DNA of 64,000 nucleotides from Centroscyllium fabricii (GCA_051313645.2 JBNRSN020000002.1:539214001-539278000), one strand, 5' to 3'. Shown: positions 1 through 12,457, numbered from the stretch's first letter. Translations and numbers: made by a program. The notes: a model not told the origin generated them from the letters alone.

Positions 1-70
1 ATATTACCGGCTTCCACCGTCTCCCTTGGGAGTCTGTTCCATAGATTGACCACTCGCTCACTGGAATAAT

Positions 71-1846
71 GGCCCAGAAATTCGGGCCCCAACGCGTGAG
101 CACGCGCTGGGTACTCACCCGTAGGCCCATCCAAAGTGCCGGTTTCCTGCATGCACAGCGCATGCGCGCGAAACCGGCACTTCCGATCCCCTGACAGAAG
201 GGTTCAGAGGTCAGAACGCGTGCGCGGGAACGGCAGCACGTACGCAATGCACTTCTGATTTTTGGGGAAGATTCTGTGTCCGGGTAAGTCTGAAAAAGTT
301 ATGGCTGCTTTTTTAATGTGCAAACACTGGTTTTCAGAAGATAAATGGTGAATTAATTCAAATGAAAAAAATGTTTCCACAGGTTTATTATTTTTAAATA
401 CTTTAAAGAAAGGTAAGTTTATTTTTTGCCCTGTTCAAAACTGTAATTAATTTTTCCAAAAATTTAAATGATTGTTTAAAGTAGTTATTTAATGGCCCAG
501 AAATTGCAGTCTGCCCATATCCCGTTTGAGCTCTGGTGCGAGCGCACCAGAGCTTAATCTCGGATGAAGCAACCGTTTGCGCTGCTCCAGTCATTCCGAT
601 GGCGGCCAGCGGGGGGGGGGGTGGGCAGAGTTCCTGCGATGGCTATCACAGGAACCAGCGAACTACGGGGTGCGTTGATTAATCCCGATTTTTTAAAAAA
701 GTTTTTCTTCAGACCAAAACCAGAAGATTGTACACCTGAAAAAAGGAGTTGTAAGGACCTGTTTTTATCAGGTACATGTGTATTTTATTGATTTTAAGTG
801 TTTTTTCAGGTTTTTAATTATTGTTAACTTTAAAGACAGGTAAGTATTTTTTTAGGCCTGTTAATAGGTGAAAACATTTTCTGTAAATTTTAATTTTTTC
901 TTTAAAATACGTTATTTATGTTAGTTGGAGTAATGTTAAAAAAATGTGGAGTTTTTAAAATTTTATTTTTGAGTTTAAATGTGTTTTGGGTAATCTCTCC
1001 TTTCAAAACTTGCACAGATTTCTCCGTGGAAGTTTTGAACGGATGATTGCTTCCACTGATTGGCTCCCTGCCAATCACGTGGTCTCTAAAGCCATCTCGC
1101 ACTAATTACGCCGTTCAGTTGCCCATGAAGCTTGCACAGAGCTCTGACAAGCTGGGCTAACTGGAATGACTGAGTGCAAAAAAGCAAAACGGCAGATGCG
1201 CTGGGTAAGTGCAACTCGCAGCACTGCACCCGCACGAAAGGCTCCACTGCAATTTCTGGGCCAATGTAATTGATAGTTATTTAAAAAAATGAAATAAAAA
1301 AAAAAAAATATTTGAAGATTTACTGAGGTTTTGGGGCTTGTAGTTTTCATACTTTTGACAGGTCTTCCTGTCAAACTTATGAATGGAGCATTCTGTGCTC
1401 CGATTGGCTCTCCGTGGCCTGTATTGTTTTCTATGTGGGTTCAACGACGACACATTCATGAAGGAGAATGTTTTTTAATCTAACGTATGTTCAACTAACG
1501 TACTGATTTACATGAGGCTCACAGGGAGACTCCATCTTGGAGATCAATCCTATACTGCAACAAAACTAACTTGCTTCTTGTCACATGCCCTCTGCTGGTA
1601 AGGCATAGATAATCAAACAGGCAAATATGATCACCATTTGCTGATATCATTACATGGCCCACGTGATCCCACATGATTCCTCACACTAACTGCGCCACTG
1701 GGATACGTGAGTGCGACGCACCGGCAGTTGAGGAAGGCCCCGCATCGGAATTCCATGTGGGCCCACAGCTCAATGGCCGGCGCGCTAGGTAAGTGCAGGT
1801 TGGAGACTTGCACATGCAGGAAGCCTCTGACCCAAATTTCTGGGCT
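71..1846 (+). mobile_element. Harbinger/PIF-like MITE (GGCCCAGAAATT TIR), interrupted by a nested MITE and a ~240-bp insert
   Basis: Starts aat|GGCCCAGAAATTCGGG and ends AAATTTCTGGGC. Colinear with the uninterrupted copy at 9973-10724. Confidence 0.75.
493..1262 (+). mobile_element. Nested Harbinger/PIF-like MITE with 3-bp TSD AAT
   Basis: aat|GGCCCAGAAATTGC...GCAATTTCTGGGCC|aat: 14-bp TIR, non-coding AT-rich core. Confidence 0.85.
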
Positions 1847-2552
1847 TTGTTTCCACAGGTTCGTTTTGAATTTACACCACCTCCCCCTAAATATTTGCTG
1901 CATGGATTACATTTTACTCCCATAATAAATGATTGTGATCACAGGCCTGAGGGGCATCAGTCCTGAGGAAGGGAAAATGTTTACAATTTTGGCATTCAAG
2001 GATGGAATTCCAATCAGCCAAGTTCACAAATGAATGCTCAATGTGCTGCCACGACATACCCATGTGCAATATTTTTACACGGTCATTGGCCACATTCCAA
2101 ATCAGTTACTACCGGTGTTAAAAAAATAATGCACACGGAAAAGTACCACAAGTGGGCTAAACATTAGTGCATCAACTTTGCTGATCAGAGCTTTGACTCA
2201 CCACTGTCTGCATCAATCACTCCGAGGTCAGCTTTTGCCAGATGTGAGTTCTGTTTTCCAGCAAGCTGCCTTAACCCCGACTGTAAAAAAGTGCTGACTT
2301 CTGAAAACATTCCTGAGTGTTATTTTGGCATGTGGAGATACAGGCAAGGCCGCATTTATTGCCCTGAGAAGGTAGGGGGCCTCCTTGACCATTAACGTTC
2401 TTGTGCTGATGGTGCTCACCCGATAGTGTTAGATCTCCCGCATTCAGCCATCCCGGTCATCCGACATGAGTACAAATTGCTAACTTAGTGCACATTCATG
2501 CTAACTTATAGAATTTTGTGGTGTAATTCTACCCAATAGGAACCAGGTTGCA

Positions 2553-3843
2553 CATAAGAACATAAGAAATAGGAGCAGGAGTAGGCCAATCGGCCCTTCG
2601 AGCCTGCTCCGCCATTCAGCAAGTTCATGGCTGATCTGATCCTAACCTCAATTTCACTTTTACTCTCCATCCCGCCCAAACCCATGTGATCACCCGGGAG
2701 AGGCGAAAAACCAGATAAAAAAACCAGCGGCCAATTTGGGAGAAAAAATCTGGGAAATTCCTCTCCGACCCATCTAGGCGATCGAAAACTGGTCCAGGAG
2801 ATCACATGGCCGATCTGAACCTAGCCTCACGTCCACTTACCTGCCTGCTCACCATAACCCCTAATTCCTTTTACTTCCAGGAAACTGTCTATCTCTGTTT
2901 TAAATTTATTCAATGTAGTAGCTTCCACAGCTCTCTGGGGCAGCAAATTCCACAGCCCCACCACCCTCTGAGTGAAGAAGTTTCTCCTTATCTCAGTTTT
3001 GAAATGGCAGCCCCTTATTTTAAGATTATGCCCCCTAGTCCTAGTTTCACCCACCATTGGGAACATGCTCACCGCATCCACCCGATCAAGCCAACTCACA
3101 ATCTTATATGTTTCAATAAGATCGGCTTTCATTCTTCTGAACTCCAATGAGTAGAGGCCCAATCTACTCAACCTCTCATCATATGTCAGCCCCTTCATCC
3201 CTGGAATTAACCTAGTGAACCTACTTTGCACTGCCTCGAGAGCAAGTATGTCCTTTCTTAAATATGGATACCAGAACTGCACGCAGTACTCCAGGTGTGG
3301 TCTTACCAATACCCTGTACAACTGCAGCAAGACCTCCCTGCTTTTATACTCCATCCCCTTAGCAATAAAAGCCAACATTCCATTGGCCTTCCTGACCGCC
3401 TGCTGCACTTGCATACTAACTTTTTGTGTTTCCTGCACCAGGACCCCCAGATCCCTTTGCACTGAAGTACTTTCCAGTTTCTTTCCATTTAGATAATACC
3501 TCGCTCTATTATTTTTCCTGCCAAAGTGCATAACTTCACACTTTTCAGTATTGTATTCCATCTGCCAAATCTCTGCCCACTCACTTAGCCTATCTATGTC
3601 CTTTTGCAGGTTTATAATGTCCTCCTCACACATCACACTCCCTCCCATCTTTGTGTCATCTGCAAACTTTGATATGTTGCTCTTGGTCCCTTCCTCCAAA
3701 TCATTAATATAGATTGTAAAGAGTTGGGGTCCCAGCACTGACCCTTGCGGAACACCACTAGTCACTGACTGCCAGTCTGAGAACAAACCATTTATCCCAA
3801 CTCTCTGTTTTCTGTTAGAAAGCCAATCCTCCACCCATGCCAG
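2553..3843 (-). mobile_element. 5'-truncated CR1 LINE (RT C-terminal half plus 3' UTR)
   Basis: ORF 2827-3834 has GVPQGSVLGP, FADD and the CR1 C-terminal FFTQRVV motif; short tandem-repeat tail. Confidence 0.92.
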
Positions 3844-4619
3844 GTTGAGAGTAGGTCAATCGATTTTGTTATGTATGATGTGTATGTATGTGTTATCCTC
3901 CCACCTGTGGTGGCGCTGCTACAGCACTGCACAGCCATGAGGTTCTTTTACTTTTCAGTTTTAGTTTCTCTTTTAACTGTTGATTAAACTAGACAGCTTT
4001 TTACAGCTTGGTAGTTTGAATTCTCTTTGTGTTTAAGTAGAAAGACTTAGATACAATAGATTTCACATGGGATCCTTGCAGGAGACACCGGGAGAGAGTT
4101 CTTCCTCTCTTCAGTGTGAGCTGCTTTTGAATACAGGTCTCTGAGTGAAAAGGGTCAGTTCTCAACTAACTATACCACCTGGTTCCTTTTTATCTTTGAC
4201 AGATATTAATGGCTGTTGTTATTTTTGTCCTTTGATGTTTCTTCTCAATCAGAAAACTTGTATTTCAAGATAAAGGTGTCATATTGTGGCGAATATTTAC
4301 CAAGCATTCTGCCTCCTTTTTAACTCAACATCTTTGTGTACCATTGTAAAATTGTGATTCTACATTATCTTTGTTAGAATCGGAGGAGGCGATTTTGCCA
4401 GCCCTGGGGAGGCGGGTATGGAGGCGGGACTGCCGGGAAAATGGCAGAATCTGGGAGCAGGTACCCATCCTGCCCCCAGGCTGCCTCGGTGCCATCTTCC
4501 CAGGAGGCGGGTACTGGACCCGCACTGGGTCCCGTCTGCGAGGTGGGAAGAGGATTAGTGCCAATTAACTGCCTGTTAACAGGCAGTTTTTTGGCTAATC
4601 CCTATTTTGAGCCATAAAG

Positions 4620-5031
4620 CGTGAGCTTCCCGACGGCTCCGAACCTCGCCAGGGTCAACGAGGCGAGCCGTGGGTCTGCGGGGCCGAAAAGTGCATTGTG
4701 CAGGTAAGCGATGAGTGCAAGTGTGGAGAGGTAAGTGTGTGAGGTGAGTATCGAGTGTTTTAATAAGATTACTGATTGATGCTTCGGCGAGCGCATGCGC
4801 AGACCATTCAAAATGGTCGCCGGCCTTTCGCGGTGGCCATTTTGAATGGTCCCGAACGATTGATGCTTCGGCGAGCGCATGCGCAGACCATTCAAAATGG
4901 ATGCTGGCCTTTCGCAGTGGCCATTTTGAATGGTCTGTGCATGCGCTCGCCGAAGTTTCAATCGTTCGGAGTTTTCACTTGTCTGGCACGGGCCTGGTTC
5001 TGACCGTTTCGGATTAACGGTGCTCAACCTA
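4620..5031. mobile_element. Partial Tigger/pogo-like MITE (right TIR GGTGCTCAACCT) with internal GCGCATGCGC repeats
   Basis: Right end matches the CAGGTTGAGCACC family; left TIR not seen. Confidence 0.6.
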
Positions 5032-5138
5032 TAGTGCAAAAGTAATTCTGCTGATGTCAGTTGATAGTAAAACACCATCCATTGTATGATGAGGGTTCCT
5101 GCTTCTTGGATGGTGCTTGTTCCGGTGAAATTACTTAC

Positions 5139-5229
5139 AGGGCAGGATGTCTCTATATCTGTTCTTTTCCCTGTTTTCTGGAGCTTTTCCCACCGTACAG
5201 TCATCAACAGGTTTCAGATGTTCCAGTGC
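5139..5229 (-). CDS. PTPN20: Coding exon, start of the classical PTP catalytic domain (ALEHLKPVDDCTVGKAPENREKNRYRDILP-Y); PTPN20/PTPN13-like
   Basis: Pyrimidine tract plus AG acceptor (cttctccctctctcttaaAG) and GTAAGT donor. 91 nt, phase 0 to 1. Contains the KNRY pTyr-recognition loop; NREKNRYRDILPY matches PTPN20 better than PTPN13 (KNRYKNILPY). Not in the ORF track in this frame. Confidence 0.9.
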
Positions 5230-5689
5230 CTTTAAGAGAGAGGGAGAAGTGTGAGCGATATAATTCACAATCACTCATTAAATGCAAAATGGACAACTGC
5301 CTTCTTAATTGTGATAAAGGTGCACTCACATCTGTAGCATTGTTTGTGGCGTGACATATTGAACAAAGATATTGATTACATCTTGACCAGGTTCAACTAT
5401 TACCCTCCTACTCTTATTGTTTCCCTATGGCGCGAAGACCTGAGCTCACATAGTCTAAATGCAAAATGTGTCATCATTGCAAACTTCACAAAATGGTTCA
5501 CTTGGTTGTGATCTAGCACCAAATGCCACACATTTATGAGGAAACTCTGAAAGGGGAGCTATTTTAATGACACTGCTGTGTTTCGGGTTGGGGCAGAGGC
5601 CACCTCTTACAGAAGGTCGGCACTGCAGGGAATTCGGGACTAGAGTGATGTCCTGGACTAGTTTCCATCGTCTAGATGGGTCGGAGAGG

Positions 5690-6496
5690 AATTTCCCTCA
5701 GGCCGTGAGAGCGGAATTCCAGCGGGGCGGGGCCTAAAATCCCGAAACCAGGGGGTCCCGACCCCTCCGGCCGGATCCCCGCTGCTTTGCGGTTTTCGGG
5801 CGGCGTGTCCAGCCGACCCGAATCTTTCCTGCCCGCCACTAGCGGGGTTGATCGTTGAGGTAATTAGGGGCCCTTAATTGACATGGGTAATCCCATTTTA
5901 AGGGCCCCTCGCGATTTTTAAGCCCTTCCCACCCATACCCCGCCATCCTGAAACCCCGCCGGTGAAATCTAGCGGGATCTCAGTCGGCTTGGTCACTTTC
6001 ACCTTCAAGGAATTGAAGGACCTACAGCAGAATGCCTTCCAGGCCTTCAACACCCTGGAGGTGTAAGTGACTCCCTTGGGTGAAGACCAGCTGTGGAGAA
6101 AACACTGAAAAGACTTACCTTGACAGATGCTGCAATGCTTCATAGAGAGATAGCTCCTCACTGTGAAAGCTTTGCATCGTGTACTTAGACCTGTCACTCA
6201 ACTCACTTGGGCTTTGAGATTGGTTGCACTTCATTGTGATGTCACAATGGACTGTTTCCATAGAAACTAACAACACACAGTCCCTTAAACTGCCAATCAA
6301 ACCTCCGGCTGTCATCTGCAGGCCGCTGCTTTCTGACTGGAAATTGTGTATTGGCAGGGGCTCCCCACACGCACGCAATTAATTGGTCAATGAAGCCAAA
6401 ATTGTGTGGGGTTCCCAAGCCCTCAAACATTCGTGTCAGAAAACTGACACACCCAAAACCCGCCAGCTTTCCACACCTTTGACAAAATCACCCCCC
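5690..6496 (+). mobile_element. Non-autonomous DNA element, GGGGGATTTT/AAAATCCCCC TIR family (Harbinger-like), left end eroded
   Basis: Colinear with 57849-58654 and inverted relative to 25406-26211. Splits an old CR1-type 3' UTR. Confidence 0.75.
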
Positions 6497-6982
6497 TGTG
6501 TTCCCCCAAATTGACCTGGGTATTTTGAATCTTTTTCTGTCTCACCCAAGAGATCACATGGTTTTGGGTGGGGTGTGGTGTACATGTTGTGATGCACAAG
6601 ATAACGCGATTGTGTGGGACAGGCTCGATGGCCCAAAGGCTGTTCACCTGTCTGTCATTGCTCGTTCGCATTATTGATTGGCTGGCTCATTTGGTGTCTC
6701 AGCCCATGAGAGGTCATTGTCACTAGGGGCTGCTTGGAATTATGGGTAGAGCAAGTGGTTTGCAATGGACAGAGTGTACCATAGTTTGTTGTCCAATACT
6801 AACATTTTGCTTTTTACAAAAAAGTACCGTAGGCAAAATGCTGCTTTTTGAGTGGATCTGTGTGATGACAAATCACTTGTCCTAATTACAGGCCACTCTA
6901 CTCACAGGCCAGGACTGGTAACATAAGAAAGTAGCATGAAATGTTGTTGATTTTTACAACTCATTCCTTCTCCTGTCTGATA

Positions 6983-7462
6983 CAGGTTGAGCACGAGTAA
7001 TCCGTTACCCAAAAAACCGGCAGCTTCGAACATCCGGCAATCATTTCCCTGACTGCGCCGCGATTGCGCAAAATGGTCGCCGCGATTGATGCTTTGGTTA
7101 CTGATCTGCGCATGCGCCGCCAAACGGTGAGCGCATGCGCAGATCATTCACTGGCCCTCCGAGCCCAGCCCCGCCTCTCCGAGCCAAGCCCAGTCCAACC
7201 TCTCCGAGCCCAGCCTCGCCTCACCTCTCGGAGCACAGCCTCGCGCCTCCGAGCCCAACCTCGCCGGGCCTCTCCGATCCGATCCCGGGCCTCCCCGAAT
7301 GACAAGCGCATGCGCAGACCACGCAAAATGGCCGCCAGCCTTTCGCGGTGGCCATTTTGAATGGTCCGCGCATGCGCTCACCGACGCTTCAATCGTTCGG
7401 GATTTTCACTTTCCCGGCACGGTCCTGGTCCCACCCATGCCGGATTAACGGTGCTCAAGCTG
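6983..7462. mobile_element. Tigger/pogo-like MITE, TA TSD
   Basis: ta|CAGGTTGAGCAC...GTGCTCAAGCTG|ta. TIR resembles Tigger4/MER46 (CAGGTTGAG). Confidence 0.8.
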
Positions 7463-7769
7463 TACTACTTTTATGCCTGTTCATTCCAAAAGTCTGCTGC
7501 CATAGGAAAAGCGTTTGCTCCCTATGAATGTAAATGGGATTATATGCGTGTTACATCTAGGGCATGATATGCCCTGGTCGAACAATGAGCCAATTTACTG
7601 TTGGTGTATAGACTGGAACCAGTATTGTTTATTCCAGAACTTTTGGCCTCTCCAAAGTCAGCAGACGGTAACATGCTGACACACCCAGGATGAAAGTTAA
7701 GAGTTAGTCTTTATCGAGGCAAAAATAACACCACAGCGAGATGGCTCAATCAGCAGGCTAGTTATAGTA

Positions 7770-8243
7770 CAGGTTGAGCACCGGTAATCCGGCACGGGCG
7801 GGACCAGGCCCGTGCCGGGAAAGTGAAAAAAGCGGCAGAATGAAGTCGGTCAGTGCACATGCGCACACCATTCAAAATGGCCGCGCGCATGCGCACAACA
7901 TTGGAAATGGCCACCGGACGTCCTTGCAAAGTCTCCCCTGTGGTTTGTGCCTACTGATGACGGCCAGCAGGCTGCTCCAGGGAACCGCGCGCTTCACCAT
8001 GGCGGGTGCTCGGGACTCGCACATTCAAAACGCGGCGCAAGCCGCCGCGCCCTGACGCCACGGAAGGCCCGGCTCGTCCGGCGGCCGTTTTGAATGATCT
8101 GCGCATGCGCTTACCGTCCGGCGGCGCATGCGCAGATCATTCACCGAAGCCATTTTGCGCATGCGCAGTGCAGTCGGGGCAATTTGTTCTGGAAGACTGA
8201 AGCTGCCGGCATTTCGGGTCACGGATTTCCGGTGCTCAACCTG
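7770..8243. mobile_element. Tigger/pogo-like MITE, TA TSD
   Basis: ta|CAGGTTGAGCACCGG...CCGGTGCTCAACCTG|ta, perfect 15-bp TIR. Confidence 0.88.
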
Positions 8244-9419
8244 TAGTAGAATTACAAACAGACAACGCTGGAAACGCTCAGCAGGTCAGGCAGCATCGCT
8301 GCAGAGAGAAACGGAGTTAAGGTCACAGGTCAATGAACTTTTGTGAAACTGTTTCTCTCTCCACAGGTGCTACCTGACCTGCTGAGTATCTCTAGCATTT
8401 TCTGTTTCTATTTCAGATTTCCAGTATCTTGCCGTTGTTATAGTAATAGAATACTTGATTTCTCACCAGTTCCAAAACAATAAAAACTCGAAAGACTCTG
8501 TTGATCTCTTCAATAACTTTGGGCCACGTATCCATGATGGAAACCTTCAGGAGAGCCGAGAGCTCTGTGGAGTCCTAGACACCTCGGTCCCATACAGCTG
8601 ACCCATGAAAAGAAAACTGGCGACTAAGGACCCAGCTTTGATTATTTGCCCTTTCACCCTTTGATCCAGGGAGACAAAAGAAGCACTTTCACAACTACTC
8701 AAAGCCGACTATCAAAAATCGAGTTCAAAGACACAATTCAATAAACCTCATGAATAGGCGACGGACAACCTTGTGATAAAGCTTGAATAGGCCCATCGCC
8801 TGGGTTCAACTTCTACTGAACGATCTAAATATGTGTCTTTTTCAACTAGGCTATGTGGACACAGTGGCTATGTAACTAGCTTTTGAAACATTACACTCAT
8901 TTTTTGATAGAATAGCCATTTAGAGATAGCAGCAAATGTCTCCCTTTGTTATGACAAGCCACCAGCCTGAACCTTGATATCTCTCTTTCAATCAGTCTAA
9001 ACCTGATGAGGGACTCTTTATAGTCAAAAGGCAAACCAACTCCACCCGCCCCTCCCCGCACTTTCATGTCAAGGACAGTCGACTTTGTTTTCTAGGAGAA
9101 AGAAAATCGATCATTAAAAGATGTTTGTAATGCCGACAAATTACAAATTCTTCTTTTAAAAAATACAGCGTAAAAGGAAAAAAAGACTTGCATTTCTATA
9201 GCGCCTTTCACAACCTCAGGACGCTTTACAAGAACAACAACTTGTATTTACATAGCGCCTTTAACGTAGTAAAACGTTCCAAGATGCTTCACAGGAGTGT
9301 TATAAGACAAAATAAATGTGACAATGAAGAACTTTTTGAAGCGTAGTCACCGTTGTAATGTGGGCAACGTGGCAGGAAATTTGTGCACAGCAAGCTCCCA
9401 CAAACAGCAATGTGATAAT

Positions 9420-9765
9420 CACAGAATCATAGAATCCCTACAGTGCAGATAGAGGCCATTTCGGCCCATCGAGCCTGCACCGACACATATCCCACCCTAT
9501 CCCCGTAACCCCACATATTCCCACCCTATCCCCGTAACCCCCACATATTTAATCCCCCTAACACTAAGGGTCAATTTATCATGGCCAATCAACCTAACCC
9601 GCACATCTTTGGACTGTGGGAGGAAACCGGAGCACCCGGAGGAAACCCACGCAGACACGGGGAGAATGTGCAAACTCCACACAGATAGTACCCGAGGCCG
9701 GATTTGAACCCGGGCCCCTAGTGCTGTGAGACAACCGTGCTAACCACTGTGCCACCGTGCCGCCC
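9420..9765 (-). mobile_element. HE1-type V-SINE, full length, (ATTCTATG)n-type tail
   Basis: Head GGGCGGCACGGTGGCACAGTGGTTAGCAC, V-domain TGTCTGCGTGGGTTTCCTCCGGGTGCTCCGGTTTCCTCCCACAGTCC, flanked by taat on both sides. Confidence 0.9.
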
Positions 9766-9972
9766 TAATGGCCAGATAATGGTTTTTTAAATTTATTCAT
9801 TTATGGGATGTGGGTGTCGCTGGCAAGGCCAGCATTTATTGCCCATCCCTAATTGCCCTTGAGAGGGTGGCGTTGATTGAGGGATAAATATTGGTCAGGA
9901 CACCGGGGATAACTCCCCTGCTCTTCTTCGAAATAATGGCCGTGGAAGCGGTCACATCCAGCTAGGTTTAAT

Positions 9973-10724
9973 GGCCCAGAAATTCGGGTCCCCACGCATG
10001 AGTACGCGCTGGGTACTCACCCGTAGGCCCATCCAAAATGCCGGTTTCGTGCATGCACAGCGTATGCCCGCGAAACCGGCACTTCCGATCCCCTGACAGA
10101 AGGGTTCAGAGGTCGGAACGCATACGCGGGAGCGGCAGTGCGTGCGCAATGCACTTCCGATTTTTTAATAAGATTCTGTGTCCGGGTAAGTATGAAAAAG
10201 TTACGGCTGCTTTTTTAATGAGCAAAGCCTGTTTTTCAGAAGGTACGTGGTGAATTAATTCAAATTAAAACATTTTTTCCACAGGTTTATTATTTTTAAA
10301 TAGTTTAAAGAAAGGTAAGTTTATTTTTAGCCCCGTTCAAAACTGTAATTAATTTTTTCAACAATTTAAATTATTGTTTAAAATAGTTATTTAACGTAAT
10401 TGATAGTTATTTTAAAAAATGTGATTAAAAAAAAATTACTTGAAGATTTAGTGATGTTTTGGGGCTTGTAGTTTTCATACTTTTGACAGGTCTTACTGTC
10501 AAACTTATGAATGGAGCATTCTGTGCTCCGATTGGCTCTCTGTGGCCCACGTGATCCCTCACACTATCTGCGCTACTGGGATCCGGGCGCGTGGCGCGTC
10601 GGCAGTTCAGGAAGGCCCCGCAACAGAATTCCACGCGGGCCCACAGCTCAACGGCCGGCGCGCTAGGTAAGTGCAGGTTGGAGGCTTGCACACGCGGGAA
10701 GCCTCCGACCCGAATTTCTGGGCC
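9973..10724 (+). mobile_element. Harbinger/PIF-like MITE, uninterrupted, TSD AAT
   Basis: aat|GGCCCAGAAATTCGGGTC...GACCCGAATTTCTGGGCC|aat: 18-bp TIR, inserted in a SINE. Confidence 0.9.
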
Positions 10725-10917
10725 AATGTCTCATCCAAAAGGCGGCACCTGCAGCACTGCAGCACTCCCTCAATACTGCAGTGCATTGTTAGCCTAGATT
10801 TTGTGCTCAAGTCTCTTGAACCCACGACCTTCGGACTCAGAGACAGGCGTGCGACCCCCTGAGCCACAGCTGACACTAAGAAATAATTATGATCGAAAAC
10901 ATGACGGGTTCATGATG

Positions 10918-11531
10918 CAGGTTGGGCCGGCACCTTCAGTGGTCCGGTACGAATTGAAACCTGCGGTCTTCAGTTTGCGGAGCAGCCCGGGGAGTGTTCT
11001 ACCCGCGCACTCCAGGCCCCGTGGAGTGCACAACCCGCACGCTCCAGGCCCCTGGGAGTGTTCTACCTGCACGCTCCGGGCCCCGGGGAGTGTTCTACCC
11101 GCACGCCTTCTTTTCCCGACGATGGCATTGGAAACATTGGCAAAGAAACCGGAGCTTGCCGCTTTGGCCAAACCCTGCCATTGCCATTGAGGGAATGAAT
11201 GATCACTTTTATCAGGCTGCGATCAAGGTCAGTGGACTTGTTTAGGTCCAGACGGGACCAAACGGAGCCATCGCTTGCAGGTTGCATGCGCGTCTCTAAT
11301 GAAAACCATTCCGCTTTTTTTTCCCCCAAAAAAAACTTCCAGTCGTCCAAGGGTGAGCCCGTTTACCGGCACAGGCCTGCATCTAACTTTGAACTGAATG
11401 CCTTGGGGATGACAGGAATCTGTATTTACACTTGCACCGGGATCTTCCCCCGAACCTTCAGTGGTTCGGAATTTTCAGTGGTCCGGCACCGGCCTGGTTC
11501 CGAGGGTGCCGGATTACCGGTGCTCAACCTG
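10918..11531. mobile_element. Tigger/pogo-like MITE with an internal ~32-bp tandem repeat (about 4 copies)
   Basis: Right TIR CCGGTGCTCAACCTG|ta, degenerate left end. Homologous to 26777-27316. Confidence 0.75.
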
Positions 11532-11929
11532 TAATCTCTTCTTTCTGGTATCTGGGTTGCTGTAGCAGTGTGGCAAGCATGACACAGTCTCCTGGTTTTC
11601 CTCTACACCTTGGATGGCTAACTCAGTCCTGCCTTATTTGCTCCCAAGACCCGCTTTCACCCAGTCTGGCATTCAACCAACTGAGCTGCTTAACCACCGC
11701 AATGATGACCCCGCCCCACCCCTAAAGTGAAAGTGGAATGTACAGGACTGAGATGGAAAGAGCATTATGGAAGATAGGTTGGGCAAGGAAGGCACATCAG
11801 TGAGACTGATGAGAGACTGATGTATAGAGGAGAGGAACCAAGCAGAACGTGAGTGATGTCATAATGCTGTGTAAACAGATGAAACCACAAATCTAAGAGT
11901 GACAGCTTTAACTAGGCTGGCTCTGTTTG

Positions 11930-12457
11930 TTTGTGGTTTCAGTGGAATGTAAACAGAAACTGATCCCCTGGGTGATTGACAGCTTGCTTCACAGACACAG
12001 CTCGCAGCACGTTCTCTCAGTGAGTGGAACGCAGCTGTCAGGTAAGTGATTTTTAAGTTCTTTGGGCACTGAAGTTAGGCACCCTTGGGTGCCAGTTACA
12101 CCTCCAGCATGGTGGAGGCTAGCAAGCTGCTGTGTGGCTGCTGTTTTCATGCCTTGAAGGTGGCAGTCACCCAGCTGATTGGGTGCCCGCCAGCTTTCAA
12201 CAGCGGTGTTCCCACCAGGCGGGTTCTGGGTGAGAAGAGGGTCAAAGTAGCAAGGGGCCCTTAAAATGGCATCACCGATGCCAATTAAGGGCCCCTAATG
12301 AGCTTAATGAGCATTCCCGCCGGTGCCGGGCAGGACTGAGGCGGGCCGACCGGACCCACCGGGTGAAATTGACAAGCGGGCGGACCCCCATTTCTGCTAT
12401 TTTCGCTGCCGTCCCGCCCAGAAACCCGCCTCATGGCCGGAGGAAAATTCTGCCCCC
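11930..12457 (-). mobile_element. Partial GGGGGATTTT-family DNA element (diverged subfamily)
   Basis: Ends GGAAAATTCTGCCCCC. Inverted similarity to 18067-18620. Confidence 0.6.

Larger units (their letters stand above)
9175..10875 (-). mobile_element. SacSINE1/DeuSINE-type tRNA-derived SINE, multiply interrupted
   Basis: tRNA-like head at ~10810-10875, Deu-type core and GGCGCTATA(G/T)AAATGCAAG tail. Matches the intact copy at 37543-37996. Confidence 0.8.

Noticed and set aside
1-5138. Search for the next PTP exon (expected D-x-TRV...YINA)
   Set aside because: Not found by eye; it probably lies before position 1.
4602-5207. 201-aa ORF overlapping the PTP exon
   Set aside because: Wrong frame for the exon and mostly MITE repeat sequence.
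8995-9035. CTGATGA-GGGACT...AGTC-AAAA hammerhead-like remnant
   Set aside because: The GAAA core is absent and the surrounding element is too decayed to call.
9690-9765. tRNA-like sequences with A and B boxes (also at ~10810-10875, 20345-20432, 22528-22600, 29318-29390 and 37930-37996)
   Set aside because: They are SINE heads continuing into SINE bodies, not tRNA genes.
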